A stretch of DNA of 32,000 bases from Halomicronema hongdechloris C2206 (GTDB lineage: Bacteria; Cyanobacteriota; Cyanobacteriia; Phormidesmidales; Phormidesmidaceae). The stretch's first letter is position 1. Each line of letters starts with the position of its first letter. The notes under the pieces are model-generated. The model saw nothing but the letters and a program-made list of their open reading frames with translations, did not search any database and was not told where the DNA came from. The position numbers and the translations under genes were made by a program. Location of the stretch: the NCBI RefSeq assembly GCF_002075285.3, contig NZ_CP021983.2, positions 3,660,001 to 3,692,000 of the forward strand, written 5' to 3'. Positions 1 through 9,640 of the stretch are shown one piece after another.

Positions 1-2679
1 GTTCCACCAGCGGTCGAAGTGAAAGACGCGGTTAGCTTTAGTGAGGGTGATGCCCACACCCCCCGCTTTCAGGGACAGCACAAAGGCCGAGGGTTCCGTC
101 TCCGGATCCTGAAACTGGGTGATCATGGCTTCCCGCTTTTTCCGGGAGGTGCCGCCGTGTAAGTAGTAGGTGTTGAAGTGGCAGGTGTGGCGCAGGTACT
201 TTTCCAGGGCGGCTCCCAGCTCGGTGAACTGGGTAAAAATCAGCAGGCTTTCCTCCTCAGCCATGGCTTCTTCCACCATCTCGGTGAGGCGGGTGAGCTT
301 GTGGGAGCGGGCCGCCGTAAAGTCGCTACCGTCTTGTAGAAACTGCATGGGATGGTTGCAAACCTGCTTCAGCTTCATTAAAGTGCTGAGGATCAAGCCC
401 TTACGTTGGATACCTTCGCTGCCCTGCAACTGCTCTTCCACGTCCTTCACCACGGCTTCGTAGAGGGAGGCCTGTTCTTTGGTTAAGTTGCAGAAGAGTT
501 TTTGCTCCACCTTATCGGGCAGGTCTTTGATGATGGACTGATCCGTCTTCACCCGCCGCAGAATGAAGGGTTCCACTAGCTTCTTGAGAGTGGCAGACTG
601 CCGGGGGCTATTGTCTTTCTGGATCGGCAGCTCAAAACCGCGACGAAACTGGGCCTGGGTACCCAAATAGCCCGGATTCAAAAAGTTGAAGATAGACCAC
701 AGGTCCATGAGTCGATTTTCGATGGGGGTGCCGGTGAGGGCCAGCCGATGGGGTGAGGAGAATTTAAGGATGGCCTTGGTCAACGCTGCCTTGGGATTTT
801 TGATGTTCTGGGCCTCGTCCAGCACAATCCGGTGCCACTCGATGCCGTTGAACAGCTTGGCATCCTTACGGGCCAAGGCGAAGGAGGTAATCACGATGTC
901 GTGGTCCCGGCAGAGTTGTTTGAAGTGCTTGGATTCCTTGGCCCGATCGCTACCATGATGCACCACCGCCCGAATCTCCGGGGCAAACTTGTGGATTTCG
1001 TGAAACCAGTTGCCGATGACAGAAGTAGGAGCAACTAGCAGGGTGGGAGGGATTCTTTGCCCCTGCTCCGCCTGAGCCTGTTCCCGCTCCTGCAGCAGGC
1101 GGGCGATCACCTGCACGGTTTTCCCCAATCCCATATCATCGGCCAGACAGCCGTTGAGACCCAACTGCTCCAGGTATTGCAACCAGGAAACGCCCCGCTT
1201 CTGGTATTCCCGTAGGTTGCCCTGGAAGGTTTCAGGATCGTCCACCGGCTGCAGCTGACCCTTGTTACTGAGCTTCTCCAGCATCTCGGCCAGGGCATCG
1301 TTGCGATCGCACTCGACCTCGAGCTCGTCGCCATCTCCCTCCGCCGTCAGCTTGATGAAGTCCATCAGGCTCATTTCCGGATTCTCCGCCTGCTGGGTCT
1401 GCCAAAACTCCAGCATCTGCCGCATTTTGTCCTGGTCCAGCTCCATCCACTGGCCGCGAAACTTAACCAAGGGGGTCTTGGCATTGACTAACTGGTTCCA
1501 CTCCTGCTCGGTCACCCGTTCCCCGCCAATGGCCAGCTCGTACTGGTACTGCACCAGGGTCTCGAAGGAAAAATAGCTTTTGGCTTTGGTATTGCCCCCG
1601 AGGGATTTGCCCTGGGCCTTGAGGCGGACCTTGGCGCGCTTGCGTCCCTTGGGAGTCCACCAGGCGGGGACGATCACCTTGTACCCGGCGTTCTCCAGCA
1701 CCCAGGCCGATTCCTTCAGGAAATTGAAGGCGGCGTCCAGAGCCAGAGTAATGCCGACGGGCTGGTCCGTCTCCAGTCCCTGCCACAGGTCAGGATAGAT
1801 GCGGGCGGCATAGCCCAGGTTCAGCAGTAGGTTTTGCTCGAACTCACCCCCCAGCTGAGCTTTCACCTGGTTCTGCTGTTTGGGGCGCATGCGCCAGTAG
1901 TCCTCCAGGGAGACTTTCAGAGACGGATCATGCTTGGGGGCCACCTGAAACTGGAGTTGCCAGGGTTCCTCGGGCTTAACCGGGTCTTGCAGATGAAAAT
2001 AGAGGTAAAAAGGCTGGTCGGTCTGGGTGCGGACGATGCGATCGCGCCAGGCCTGCCACTGTTTGAACTGCTCTAGCCGGTCTGCTGTCGTCCAATAGGT
2101 GCCACCGCTGGATTGTTTCAGGCAGGCGTAAATCACTGAATCCGCAATGGTTTTTTCGTAGCCCTGGGTGGCGTAGGTGTGGGTGATGATATCGGTCAGC
2201 AAACAGTCAGAAAAGTGACGCAGCAGGGAGAGGCGATCATAAACTTGTGGCGTGTCTGGGGGCGCTGCGAAGCCCGCCGCACACATCAGCGGCATATAGT
2301 CCACATACTGCTGCAGGGTGGTTTCATAGGCTTCACCGATAAACTCCCAACCGGGATAAATCTGAAACGTACCCACTGCGTCGGACTTGGTTTTGCGCTT
2401 AGCTTTTGCAGCTTTGGGAGCTTGTAGCTGCCGATATTTTAGGGCTGGAATGTATTGATCTTGAAAGATAATGCGCTTCCAGGCCTGGGTGACATGAAAC
2501 CAAAACAGTAGGTCGGCCCCCATCTGGATGTCGCTGAGATGGTGCATGGCGATGAAGTGCACATCATTCAGCAGAGGCACCACATTATTGACCACAGACT
2601 GGCTATAATTACTGGTTTTGGCGGCGGTTAAGGTGGGGTAACAGTCCACCTGCCAGTACTCAAACTCGAAGCGATCCAC
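1..2679 (-). CDS. SNF2/SWI2-family helicase. The C-terminus runs off the left edge and the N-terminus is disrupted (see 2628..2750).
   Basis: The track omits it because no stop codon lies inside the window. My minus-strand translation is open from GTG at 2679 down to position 1. It contains ADDMGLGKT (1117-1143), VLDEAQNIKNP (793-825) and LSLKAGGVGITLTKANRVFHFDRWWN (1-78), which are SNF2 motifs I, II and V/VI. Confidence 0.85.
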   Translation of the reverse strand, partial: MDRFEFEYWQVDCYPTLTAAKTSNYSQSVVNNVVPLLNDVHFIAMHHLSDIQMGADLLFWFHVTQAWKRIIFQDQYIPALKYRQLQAPKAAKAKRKTKSDAVGTFQIYPGWEFIGEAYETTLQQYVDYMPLMCAAGFAAPPDTPQVYDRLSLLRHFSDCLLTDIITHTYATQGYEKTIADSVIYACLKQSSGGTYWTTADRLEQFKQWQAWRDRIVRTQTDQPFYLYFHLQDPVKPEEPWQLQFQVAPKHDPSLKVSLEDYWRMRPKQQNQVKAQLGGEFEQNLLLNLGYAARIYPDLWQGLETDQPVGITLALDAAFNFLKESAWVLENAGYKVIVPAWWTPKGRKRAKVRLKAQGKSLGGNTKAKSYFSFETLVQYQYELAIGGERVTEQEWNQLVNAKTPLVKFRGQWMELDQDKMRQMLEFWQTQQAENPEMSLMDFIKLTAEGDGDELEVECDRNDALAEMLEKLSNKGQLQPVDDPETFQGNLREYQKRGVSWLQYLEQLGLNGCLADDMGLGKTVQVIARLLQEREQAQAEQGQRIPPTLLVAPTSVIGNWFHEIHKFAPEIRAVVHHGSDRAKESKHFKQLCRDHDIVITSFALARKDAKLFNGIEWHRIVLDEAQNIKNPKAALTKAILKFSSPHRLALTGTPIENRLMDLWSIFNFLNPGYLGTQAQFRRGFELPIQKDNSPRQSATLKKLVEPFILRRVKTDQSIIKDLPDKVEQKLFCNLTKEQASLYEAVVKDVEEQLQGSEGIQRKGLILSTLMKLKQVCNHPMQFLQDGSDFTAARSHKLTRLTEMVEEAMAEEESLLIFTQFTELGAALEKYLRHTCHFNTYYLHGGTSRKKREAMITQFQDPETEPSAFVLSLKAGGVGITLTKANRVFHFDRWWN

Positions 2680-2750
2680 AGGTAAAATGCACCCGATTGA
2701 ATAAACTCAGGCTTCGCATCCGGAATCCAGGTACCGTGAAGAATCTGCAT
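2628..2750 (-). pseudogene. Detached N-terminal exon-like fragment of the SNF2 helicase, in a different frame from the body
   Basis: ATG at 2750 opens MQILHGTWIPDAKPEFIQSGAFYLWIASSLSTGRWTVTPP*. The first 24 residues match the N-terminus I remember for cyanobacterial SNF2 helicases (M-x-ILHG-[ST]-W ... FYLW). The main body continues in the adjacent frame from about 2679. Confidence 0.55.
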
Positions 2751-2914
2751 ACAGCGTTTTTGAAGCTAGTGAGGCACACGGATGACCATGAAACTCCTTG
2801 ATATCAGGAGGTAAGTTATACCTCACCCAGCAAGGAAATGCTGTAGCCATCCTGACTCTTTCAGCATCCAGGGGAACTGACCATGAAGACATTCCCACTC
2901 AACCGATATCCTAA

Positions 2915-2938
2915 TCATACTGACTCTCATACTGACTC
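2915..2938. repeat. Perfect tandem duplication of a 12-nt unit, TCATACTGACTC x2
   Basis: Read directly from the sequence, in AT-richer intergenic DNA between the DUF2993 gene end and the SNF2 start. Confidence 0.8.
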
Positions 2939-3147
2939 ATACAGAGTACTGGCTTTCATCATGACGGCCGTCCCATGGGTAAACAACAAAAGCAATTTGG
3001 TCATCAACCTCCTCTGCACAACTTCTTCTTCAATCCTTCTGAACCGTTACATCTGGGTCAAGGAAGAGTGATGACGGCCAGCGCCTTGCCCTACGGTTGA
3101 CCCACGTTGGTTCCTGGCTCTCCGTTCTCTGCCCTTCGCTCACCGAC

Positions 3148-3942
3148 CTACTCCATTAACCAAGGAGACGATGGTTCTACTTTGACAAACATGACTATGT
3201 CCAGACTGTTGTCTTGGATGGCAAACTGCAGTACCCGCATCCCTATGCCTGAGTCTTCTAATTGGCGTAGACTCAGCCGAGATTGCATCCCCCCTAGCAA
3301 CGAGCGCAATACTTGCGCCGGAACCACTTGCCCATCCACAGTGAGGACAGGATCGAGCAATTGCAGCTGGTGGCCCGATGCGATCGCAACCCCCACCTCC
3401 AGCTCAATGGGCAAGGTATCCGCAGAAACCGTATCCTGCAGATCCAGAGCCAACTGCAGGCGGTTATCCGGAAGGAGGGCCAAGCGAGGATTCGTGAACT
3501 CGTAACGATTAGCCTCGCGAGCAGTTTGCCCCGGCAGAGCAAATTCCAACGCCTGCAGTTGCTGCTGCAGCCACGCCGACTGTAAGAACTGATTGAGATC
3601 TGCTTCTCGCAATTCCAGATGCATGGCGGCCTGCAGGGGCCGATCCAGTGCAATCTCTCCCCGACGCAATGCCCCTATACTCACATCGATGGGATCGCTC
3701 TCCAATGCAAATCGATTGATGCGGAAATCCGCCACCGGATACAGACCTTGGCCCGCAATCCGCACCCGCTCCAAGCGGCCATTCAGCAGCTGCAAAGTCG
3801 AGGCATTATCCACCCGCACCTGCAGCGCTTCTGCAGCCACCAGTTGATCTCGAATGGCATCCGCCGCCAATTTGTCGACCACAACCCCCACCGGGGACCC
3901 TAGGGCCAATAGGCTAGCCAACACCACTGCGATCGCATCCAT
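3148..3942 (-). CDS. DUF2993 / LmeA-like family protein (hypothetical)
   Basis: 264-aa ORF with an N-terminal hydrophobic anchor (MDAIAVVLASLLALG). Repeated segments such as VRVDNASTLQLLNGRLERVRIAGQG and FALESDPIDV are typical of DUF2993 as I remember it. It lies 45 nt downstream of proS on the same strand. Confidence 0.6.
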   Translation of the reverse strand: MDAIAVVLASLLALGSPVGVVVDKLAADAIRDQLVAAEALQVRVDNASTLQLLNGRLERVRIAGQGLYPVADFRINRFALESDPIDVSIGALRRGEIALDRPLQAAMHLELREADLNQFLQSAWLQQQLQALEFALPGQTAREANRYEFTNPRLALLPDNRLQLALDLQDTVSADTLPIELEVGVAIASGHQLQLLDPVLTVDGQVVPAQVLRSLLGGMQSRLSLRQLEDSGIGMRVLQFAIQDNSLDIVMFVKVEPSSPWLME

Positions 3943-3987
3943 TGCCCTGCCCTCGTATTAATTCCATCTCTTAATCACAGCCCCACG

Positions 3988-5799
3988 CTACGCCGCCAGG
4001 GCCTCATCTAGCCACTGCTTCACCGTCGTCACCACCGCCGCCACAGGGATTTCCTCCGACTCATGGCTTCTCCGTTTCACCACCTCCACCCGGCCCTGCT
4101 TCAAGGAACGGCCAGTGACAATGCGAAACGGGATGCCAATCAGATCGGCATCCTTAAACTTAACCCCGGCCCGTTCCTGGCGATCGTCCAGCAAGGTTTC
4201 CACTCCGGCCGCGGTCAAATCGCGATAGAGCGTCTCCGCCGCCGCCACCTGGTCGGCAGCAGCCTGGTTGGGAATGACCACAATGGCCTGGTACGGGGCA
4301 ATAGCCACCGGCCAGATGATGCCATCCTTGTCGTAAGACTGCTCCACCGCCGCCTGGGCCAGTCGAGACACCCCCACGCCATAACAGCCCATCCACAAAG
4401 GCACTTCTTCCCCCGATTCCGCCGTGTACGTGGCCCCCATGGCTTCAGAATACTTCTGCCCCAGTTGAAAAATATGGCCGATTTCAATGCCCCGCGCCGT
4501 TTTCAGCGTCTGAGCCGGATCATGGACGGCCCGATCCCCCACCTTAGCTGCCCGCACATCCACCACTAGCTTGGGGATTGCATACTCTTGGTTCCAGTTC
4601 CCGCCGACGGTGTGATAGCCCGCTTCATTCGCCCCAGTGACAAAATTCTTGAGGTCCACCACCGTCTGGTCTGCCATCCGCAGAAACCTGGGCTCCAGAT
4701 GCTTTACCCCAGAGCGAATATAGTCGTCCGAGAGATCCGGCGCGATGTACCCCAACGGCAATGGTTTAGCTGTCCACTTCCCTTGAGCCGCCTGATCCGG
4801 GACATCCAACCCAATTACCGTGCTGGCACCATAGTTGGTAGCTAGCTGCGACAGCTCGTTTTGCAGCTTAGTGTCATTGACATCCTGATCACCCCGAATG
4901 CTGACCAGCACCAAGACAGTGCGGCCATTGTCGTAGACTACTTGGTACAGCACGTTCTTAACGATCTGCGTCGGTGAACACTGCAAGAAATTAGCTAGGG
5001 TCTCAATGGTGGGCGTGTTGGGGGTCTCCAGCTTCTCGTAGGTCTTAAAGGGAGACGGCACTACCTCGGCGGGGAGAGACACGGCTTTCTCCACATTGGC
5101 GGCATACTGACCATCGTCGGTGTACAGTACCTCATCTTCTCCGGCTGCGGCCAGCACCATAAACTCCGTCGAGCCAGAGCCTCCAATGGCACCAGAATCG
5201 GCATCCACGGCTCGGAACTGGAGCCCACACCGCTGCAGGATCTTCGTGTAGACAATATACATATCGGTGTAGGTTCGCTTGAGGCTGTCCTCATCGACGT
5301 GGAACGAGTAGGCGTCTTTCATGATGAACTCGCGCCCCCGCATCAAACCAAAGCGGGAGCGAATCTCATCTCGAAACTTAGTCTGGATCTGATATAGATT
5401 CAGAGGCAGTTGCCGGTAGGAGCGAATCATGTCCCGGGCAATGGCCGTGATCACCTCTTCGTGGGTCGGTCCCAATCCCATTTCCTGATCGCGGCGGTCG
5501 ATTAGGGAAAACATGATGCCCTCGGCCTTGGTATAGGTCTCCCAGCGCCCCGACTCTCGCCACAGCTCCGACGGTTGTAACTGGGGTAGCAAGCATTCCT
5601 GAGCCCCGGTGGCATTCATCTCGTCCCGCACGATAGCCGATACCTTATTCAGCACTCGCCACAGCAATGGCAAGTAGGCATAGACACCATTGGCAATACG
5701 ACGCATATAGCCAGCCCGTAGCAACAGCTTGTGACTGGGAATTTCCGCCTCTGCCGGATCCTCCCGCAGGGTAACAAAGAGCATTTGCGACAGTCGCAT
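3988..5799 (-). CDS. proS: Proline--tRNA ligase (bacterial type)
   Basis: 603-aa ORF beginning [31 protein letters not shown]. It has the class II aaRS motifs ([35 protein letters not shown]) and an internal editing-domain-sized insertion. Confidence 0.95.
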   Translation of the reverse strand: MRLSQMLFVTLREDPAEAEIPSHKLLLRAGYMRRIANGVYAYLPLLWRVLNKVSAIVRDEMNATGAQECLLPQLQPSELWRESGRWETYTKAEGIMFSLIDRRDQEMGLGPTHEEVITAIARDMIRSYRQLPLNLYQIQTKFRDEIRSRFGLMRGREFIMKDAYSFHVDEDSLKRTYTDMYIVYTKILQRCGLQFRAVDADSGAIGGSGSTEFMVLAAAGEDEVLYTDDGQYAANVEKAVSLPAEVVPSPFKTYEKLETPNTPTIETLANFLQCSPTQIVKNVLYQVVYDNGRTVLVLVSIRGDQDVNDTKLQNELSQLATNYGASTVIGLDVPDQAAQGKWTAKPLPLGYIAPDLSDDYIRSGVKHLEPRFLRMADQTVVDLKNFVTGANEAGYHTVGGNWNQEYAIPKLVVDVRAAKVGDRAVHDPAQTLKTARGIEIGHIFQLGQKYSEAMGATYTAESGEEVPLWMGCYGVGVSRLAQAAVEQSYDKDGIIWPVAIAPYQAIVVIPNQAAADQVAAAETLYRDLTAAGVETLLDDRQERAGVKFKDADLIGIPFRIVTGRSLKQGRVEVVKRRSHESEEIPVAAVVTTVKQWLDEALAA

Positions 5800-6178
5800 A
5801 GATGGGTCCCTTCCCGTTGACAGCGCCTATTTCAGTTAAGTCTAGACCATCACCCATGACCTAAACCGTTAGACACAGCTTCGATTCGACGGCAGTTTAC
5901 TAATGAGTTCGCAAAAAAAGTTTACATTTCCACTGCTAGCCCCATATCCAAGGGGGTAAACCAGTCAACCTCCCATCAATCAAGGCACTTACGGAGGGGA
6001 ACTTGCTTACGCACTCACTCAGCTACAGAAGATGCGCCACTAAAACCTCAGTGGATATACAGAGCTCTCCGCTGGGGGCGCTTGAGAATCCCGTAGATCA
6101 ACGATGGTGGCCTAGCGTCAATCTTTCGAGAATGGATGCAGTTCTCAATGGAACGTCCTTAAGCAAGGTTACTGGACA

Positions 6179-6967
6179 ATGGCTACTCAAACCCCTTCCC
6201 TCCGCTCCCGTGGTATCGAACTATTGATGGAATACCAGCATAATCCATCGGTGCAGTTGCGCAATCGTCTCGTTCGCTTAAACGCAGGGCTGGTTCGCAA
6301 AATAGCTCATCGAGTCAGCCATCAATGTTCAGAACCCTACGAAGACCTAGAACAAATCGGCTTCATCGGACTGATTCGAGCTATCGAACGCTTCGATCCC
6401 AGCCAGGGCTGTGCCTTCAGTTCCTTCGCAGTCCCCTATATCCGGGGTGAGATTCTTCACTTCTTGCGGGATCGGGGCAACACCATCAAGATCCCTCGCC
6501 GTTGGCAAGACTTGCAAAAGGAAGCGCAGAAGAAACAACTCGATTTAATCCATCAGCTTGGCCGCAATCCTAGCGATGATGAAATGGCCAACGTCTTGAA
6601 GATTTCAGTCGCAGAATGGCAAGAGGTCAAGATCGCTCATAAGAATCGCACGCCCCTGAGCCTAGATGCGTCGGTGAGACCTCAAGATGAGCCCCATCCC
6701 ACCACCTTGGGCGATACCTTACCCGATGCCCACTACGAAGTTCTGCAGAGTTTAGACGAAGACCGGCAACAGCTGCAACGGGCCATGAGCCAACTCGAAG
6801 AGACAAGCCGGGCTGCCATCGAGCATGTATTTTTGCATGGCCTTTCCCGCAAAGAAGTTGCCGAGCAAATCGGGGTCAGCCCCATGACGGTCACCCGCCG
6901 CATTCATCGGGGCCTGAAGGATATGGTAGATCTCTTACAACCCCAAGTACTCCAAACCGATCCATAA
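6179..6967 (+). CDS. RNA polymerase sigma factor, sigma-70 family group 3 (SigF-type)
   Basis: 262 aa. Region 2 reads DLEQIGFIGLIRAIERFDPSQGCAFSSFAVPYIRGEILHFLRD. The region 4.2 HTH reads LSRKEVAEQIGVSPMTVTRRIHRGL. There is no region 1.1 or long N-terminal extension. Confidence 0.85.
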   Translation: MATQTPSLRSRGIELLMEYQHNPSVQLRNRLVRLNAGLVRKIAHRVSHQCSEPYEDLEQIGFIGLIRAIERFDPSQGCAFSSFAVPYIRGEILHFLRDRGNTIKIPRRWQDLQKEAQKKQLDLIHQLGRNPSDDEMANVLKISVAEWQEVKIAHKNRTPLSLDASVRPQDEPHPTTLGDTLPDAHYEVLQSLDEDRQQLQRAMSQLEETSRAAIEHVFLHGLSRKEVAEQIGVSPMTVTRRIHRGLKDMVDLLQPQVLQTDP

Positions 6968-7024
6968 TCCTGAATCGGCTCCCCGGCTAGGTGGACCCGG
7001 TAGTTCCTCAGTGAGTTGCTAGAG

Positions 7025-7765
7025 TCAGTTATTGGGAGCAGGTTCTACGGCATCCGGCTGTACGGGTAATTCTCCTGTCCTTAGATAGTTGGCTTGCTCT
7101 CGCAAGGAGTCGGCCCATTCATCATTCCCAGCCGCTTGGATCAAGTCGGCTGCCGCTTCAAAATCTCGAATCAGGGCAGAGCGAATCAACGGCGGTAAGT
7201 CTTGGGGGCCTGTAAACCGATCGCCCATAGTCAGATAGGCTTGCCCCAGGTAAGCATCGGCTCGCCCTAGATAGGCGGAGGGCTGTTCAGCATCAATGGC
7301 AATCGCCTCACCAAAGGCCTCGATGGCCGCCTCATAGTCTTGTTGCTGAGCCAGCGTCGCCGCCTGGTTATAAGCCACTTCGAAGGGGGTGGCGTCTCTG
7401 ACAACGAGTGAATAGTCTCCTCCGGAGCCTGAGAAAGACCGGGTCACGACGGTGTAGCTGCCGTCGGTGGGTAGGGTAATGATGATGGTGGAGTTAAGGG
7501 TGCCGCCGTAGTCATCGTTGTAGGCAATTTCTTCGCCGTCGGGCGCCTGCAAAGACAGCACCGGATCAAACTCATCACTCTCTAGAACGATAGTAACGGC
7601 TTGCTCGGCTTTGCCCTCAAAGGTATAGGTGTGTTGGGCAGGTGGCAGGTCATTGTCTTGGCGCAGAATATCCTCTGCCTTCACGGGGGCCAGACTGGTT
7701 GCGATCGCACCCGCTGAGCAGAGGGCAACGGTAGCAAATCTCAGCCAAACACGGGATGTAACCAT
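7025..7765 (-). CDS. Secreted protein with a pre-peptidase C-terminal (PPC)-like beta domain and TPR-like repeats (hypothetical)
   Basis: Signal peptide MVTSRVWLRFATVALCSAGAIATSLAPVKA. The segment YTFEGKAEQAVTIVLESDEFDPVLSLQAPDGEEIAYNDDYGG...DGSYTVVT...GGDYSLVV resembles PPC domains. The C-terminal half has Ala/Tyr-rich TPR-like helices. Confidence 0.6.
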   Translation of the reverse strand: MVTSRVWLRFATVALCSAGAIATSLAPVKAEDILRQDNDLPPAQHTYTFEGKAEQAVTIVLESDEFDPVLSLQAPDGEEIAYNDDYGGTLNSTIIITLPTDGSYTVVTRSFSGSGGDYSLVVRDATPFEVAYNQAATLAQQQDYEAAIEAFGEAIAIDAEQPSAYLGRADAYLGQAYLTMGDRFTGPQDLPPLIRSALIRDFEAAADLIQAAGNDEWADSLREQANYLRTGELPVQPDAVEPAPNN

Positions 7766-8295
7766 AATGGATAGTCTCCTATATAGGCTCCTGCAGACAT
7801 ATCAAGCCGTTGAGCGGACGCACGAACATGGTTACGACCAATTGCTAAGGGCAGTGACGCGGCCGGCAGGTCGCTACTCCCAAAGCGTTATACAGAATGC
7901 GTCTCTACTAGCTTATCCAGCCAGTCTCGTAATCACTAACGCCCTCCACTAACATCCCCTCAGCGGACCTATGAACCGTGACCCTGCAGTCAGGCTTAGT
8001 CAGAGCCATTCATCGTCCCGATTACTACTGGGTTTTCTAGGGTATCTGAGGCTGTTTCTGGCGGCAACATGACTTTCCTAGCAAGGGCTCTGGTCCAACA
8101 GTGGCTCGGGAGATAGGCAACCTGAATATACCTCTGAGACCATAGGGTCCGAGGCAAAAGGGTAGCTCAAGCTTAACCCTAGATATTCGATGGCAACCAC
8201 TAAAGCCTGATTAATAGGCAACCGTTGCTGTCCCCAAATAGAATACACATTGGCCGGGGTGATGACACGCGTTCCCCTCTGATTGACCAGGCTGC

Positions 8296-9423
8296 ATGTA
8301 TTTGAAGACTCTGCATTTGAAGCACTTTCGCAACTACAGTGAGCAGGCGGTCGAGTTTTCGGCAGCAAAAACCATCCTGGTCGGAGCAAATGCCCAGGGT
8401 AAGTCCAATTTGCTGGAATCGGTGGAGCTATTAGCCACCCTCAAGTCTCACCGCACCAGTCGCGATGGAGACTTGATTCAGGAGGGGAAGTCCCTAAGCC
8501 AAATTGCGGCCACGGTACAGCGGCAACTGGGACCAGTGAATCTGGGCTTGGTGCTGCGACAGGGCAGCCGTCGCACTGCCACAGTGCATGGGGAGAAGCT
8601 GCGGCGGCAGTTGGATTTTTTAGGCCACATCAATGCGGTGCAGTTCTCGTCCTTAGACCTGGAGCTAGTACGAGGCGGACCAGGGGTGAGGCGACAGTGG
8701 CTAGATACTCTCTTGATGCAGCTAGAACCAGTGTATGCCTATATTTTGGGTCAGTATCAGCAGGCCCTGAAGCAACGCAATGCCCTGCTGCGGCAGGCGG
8801 ATAGTGATGGTCCGTCTGATAGGCAAATTGATGCTCAGCAACTGGCCCTATGGGATGCCCAATTGGCTGCCCTTGGCACTCGGGTAATGCGGCGGCGGGC
8901 CAGGGGGCTGGAGCGATTAGCCCCCATCGCTGGCGCTTGGCATCAGGCCATTAGTGGGGAGACTGAGGTGCTGGACACTCGCTATCAGCCCAATGTGCCA
9001 GTGGAGCAGGATGATGCCAGTCACATTCAGGCGGCGTTTTTGGATAAGATCCGGCAGCGTGCGATCGCAGAACAGCATCAGCACACGACGCTGGTGGGTC
9101 CCCATCGCGACAACATTGACTTCACCATCAACGGCACTCCCGCCCGTCAATACGGATCCCAGGGGCAACAGCGAACGCTGGTATTGGCCCTGAAACTGGC
9201 AGAACTGAATCTGATTGATGAGGTGATTGCAGATCCACCGCTGTTGTTACTGGACGATGTGCTGGCAGAACTCGACCTAAGTCGCCAGAACCAGCTATTG
9301 GATGCCATCCAAGACCGCTTCCAAACCCTGATCACCACCACCCACTTAGGCTCCTTCGATGCTCAATGGCTGCAGTCCTCCCAGATTTTAAAGGTGACAG
9401 CAGGGCAGATTGTGAGCGAGTAG
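8296..9423 (+). CDS. recF: DNA replication and repair protein RecF
   Basis: 375 aa beginning MYLKTLHLKHFRNY. It has Walker A GANAQGKSNLLES, the signature-like GSQGQQRTLVLALKLAE and Walker B LLLLDDVLAELD. Confidence 0.95.
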   Translation: MYLKTLHLKHFRNYSEQAVEFSAAKTILVGANAQGKSNLLESVELLATLKSHRTSRDGDLIQEGKSLSQIAATVQRQLGPVNLGLVLRQGSRRTATVHGEKLRRQLDFLGHINAVQFSSLDLELVRGGPGVRRQWLDTLLMQLEPVYAYILGQYQQALKQRNALLRQADSDGPSDRQIDAQQLALWDAQLAALGTRVMRRRARGLERLAPIAGAWHQAISGETEVLDTRYQPNVPVEQDDASHIQAAFLDKIRQRAIAEQHQHTTLVGPHRDNIDFTINGTPARQYGSQGQQRTLVLALKLAELNLIDEVIADPPLLLLDDVLAELDLSRQNQLLDAIQDRFQTLITTTHLGSFDAQWLQSSQILKVTAGQIVSE

Positions 9424-9430
9424 GGCAGTG

Positions 9431-9504
9431 GGGGAGTTTTGAATGTTAAGTTTTGAATTAAAGCACTACTGAGAGAATTCAAACCTAAGAACTTAAAACT
9501 CAAC
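9431..9504. terminator. AT-rich imperfect inverted repeat between the convergent recF and radC genes (possible bidirectional terminator or MITE-like remnant)
   Basis: The arms at 9431-9459 and 9476-9504 are 29 nt each. By my hand alignment 21 of 29 positions are complementary, with a 16-nt loop. The left arm also contains GTTTTGAAT twice. Confidence 0.35.
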
Positions 9505-9640
9505 ACTATCTCCTTGCCCCTGTACTCCATCACCCATCTACTGCTTTTCCGCTCTCCCTATGCCCTCCGGGCAGGCAAAGCCTTTCATGTCGCTTGGCGA
9601 AACGACACCGCTCAGGGCAAGCCGTTCGCCGTTCGCCCCA

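Noticed and set aside
2707-2898. 63-aa minus-strand ORF upstream of the SNF2 body
   Set aside because: It overlaps the recognisable MQILHGTW helicase N-terminus in another frame and has no family features.
3107-3903. Multiple 84-132-aa ORFs on both strands within the DUF2993 gene. Similar alternate-frame ORFs occur inside proS, nnr, the peroxiredoxin gene, rpiA, thyX and sigA.
   Set aside because: These are Arg/Pro/Ser-rich, low-complexity translations typical of off-frame or antisense reading of GC-rich genes. Each is fully nested in a gene with strong family motifs.
8078-8389. 103-aa minus-strand ORF overlapping the recF start
   Set aside because: Its first third is antisense to recF coding sequence. 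It has no recognisable motifs and no good internal start. It is most likely a chance ORF.
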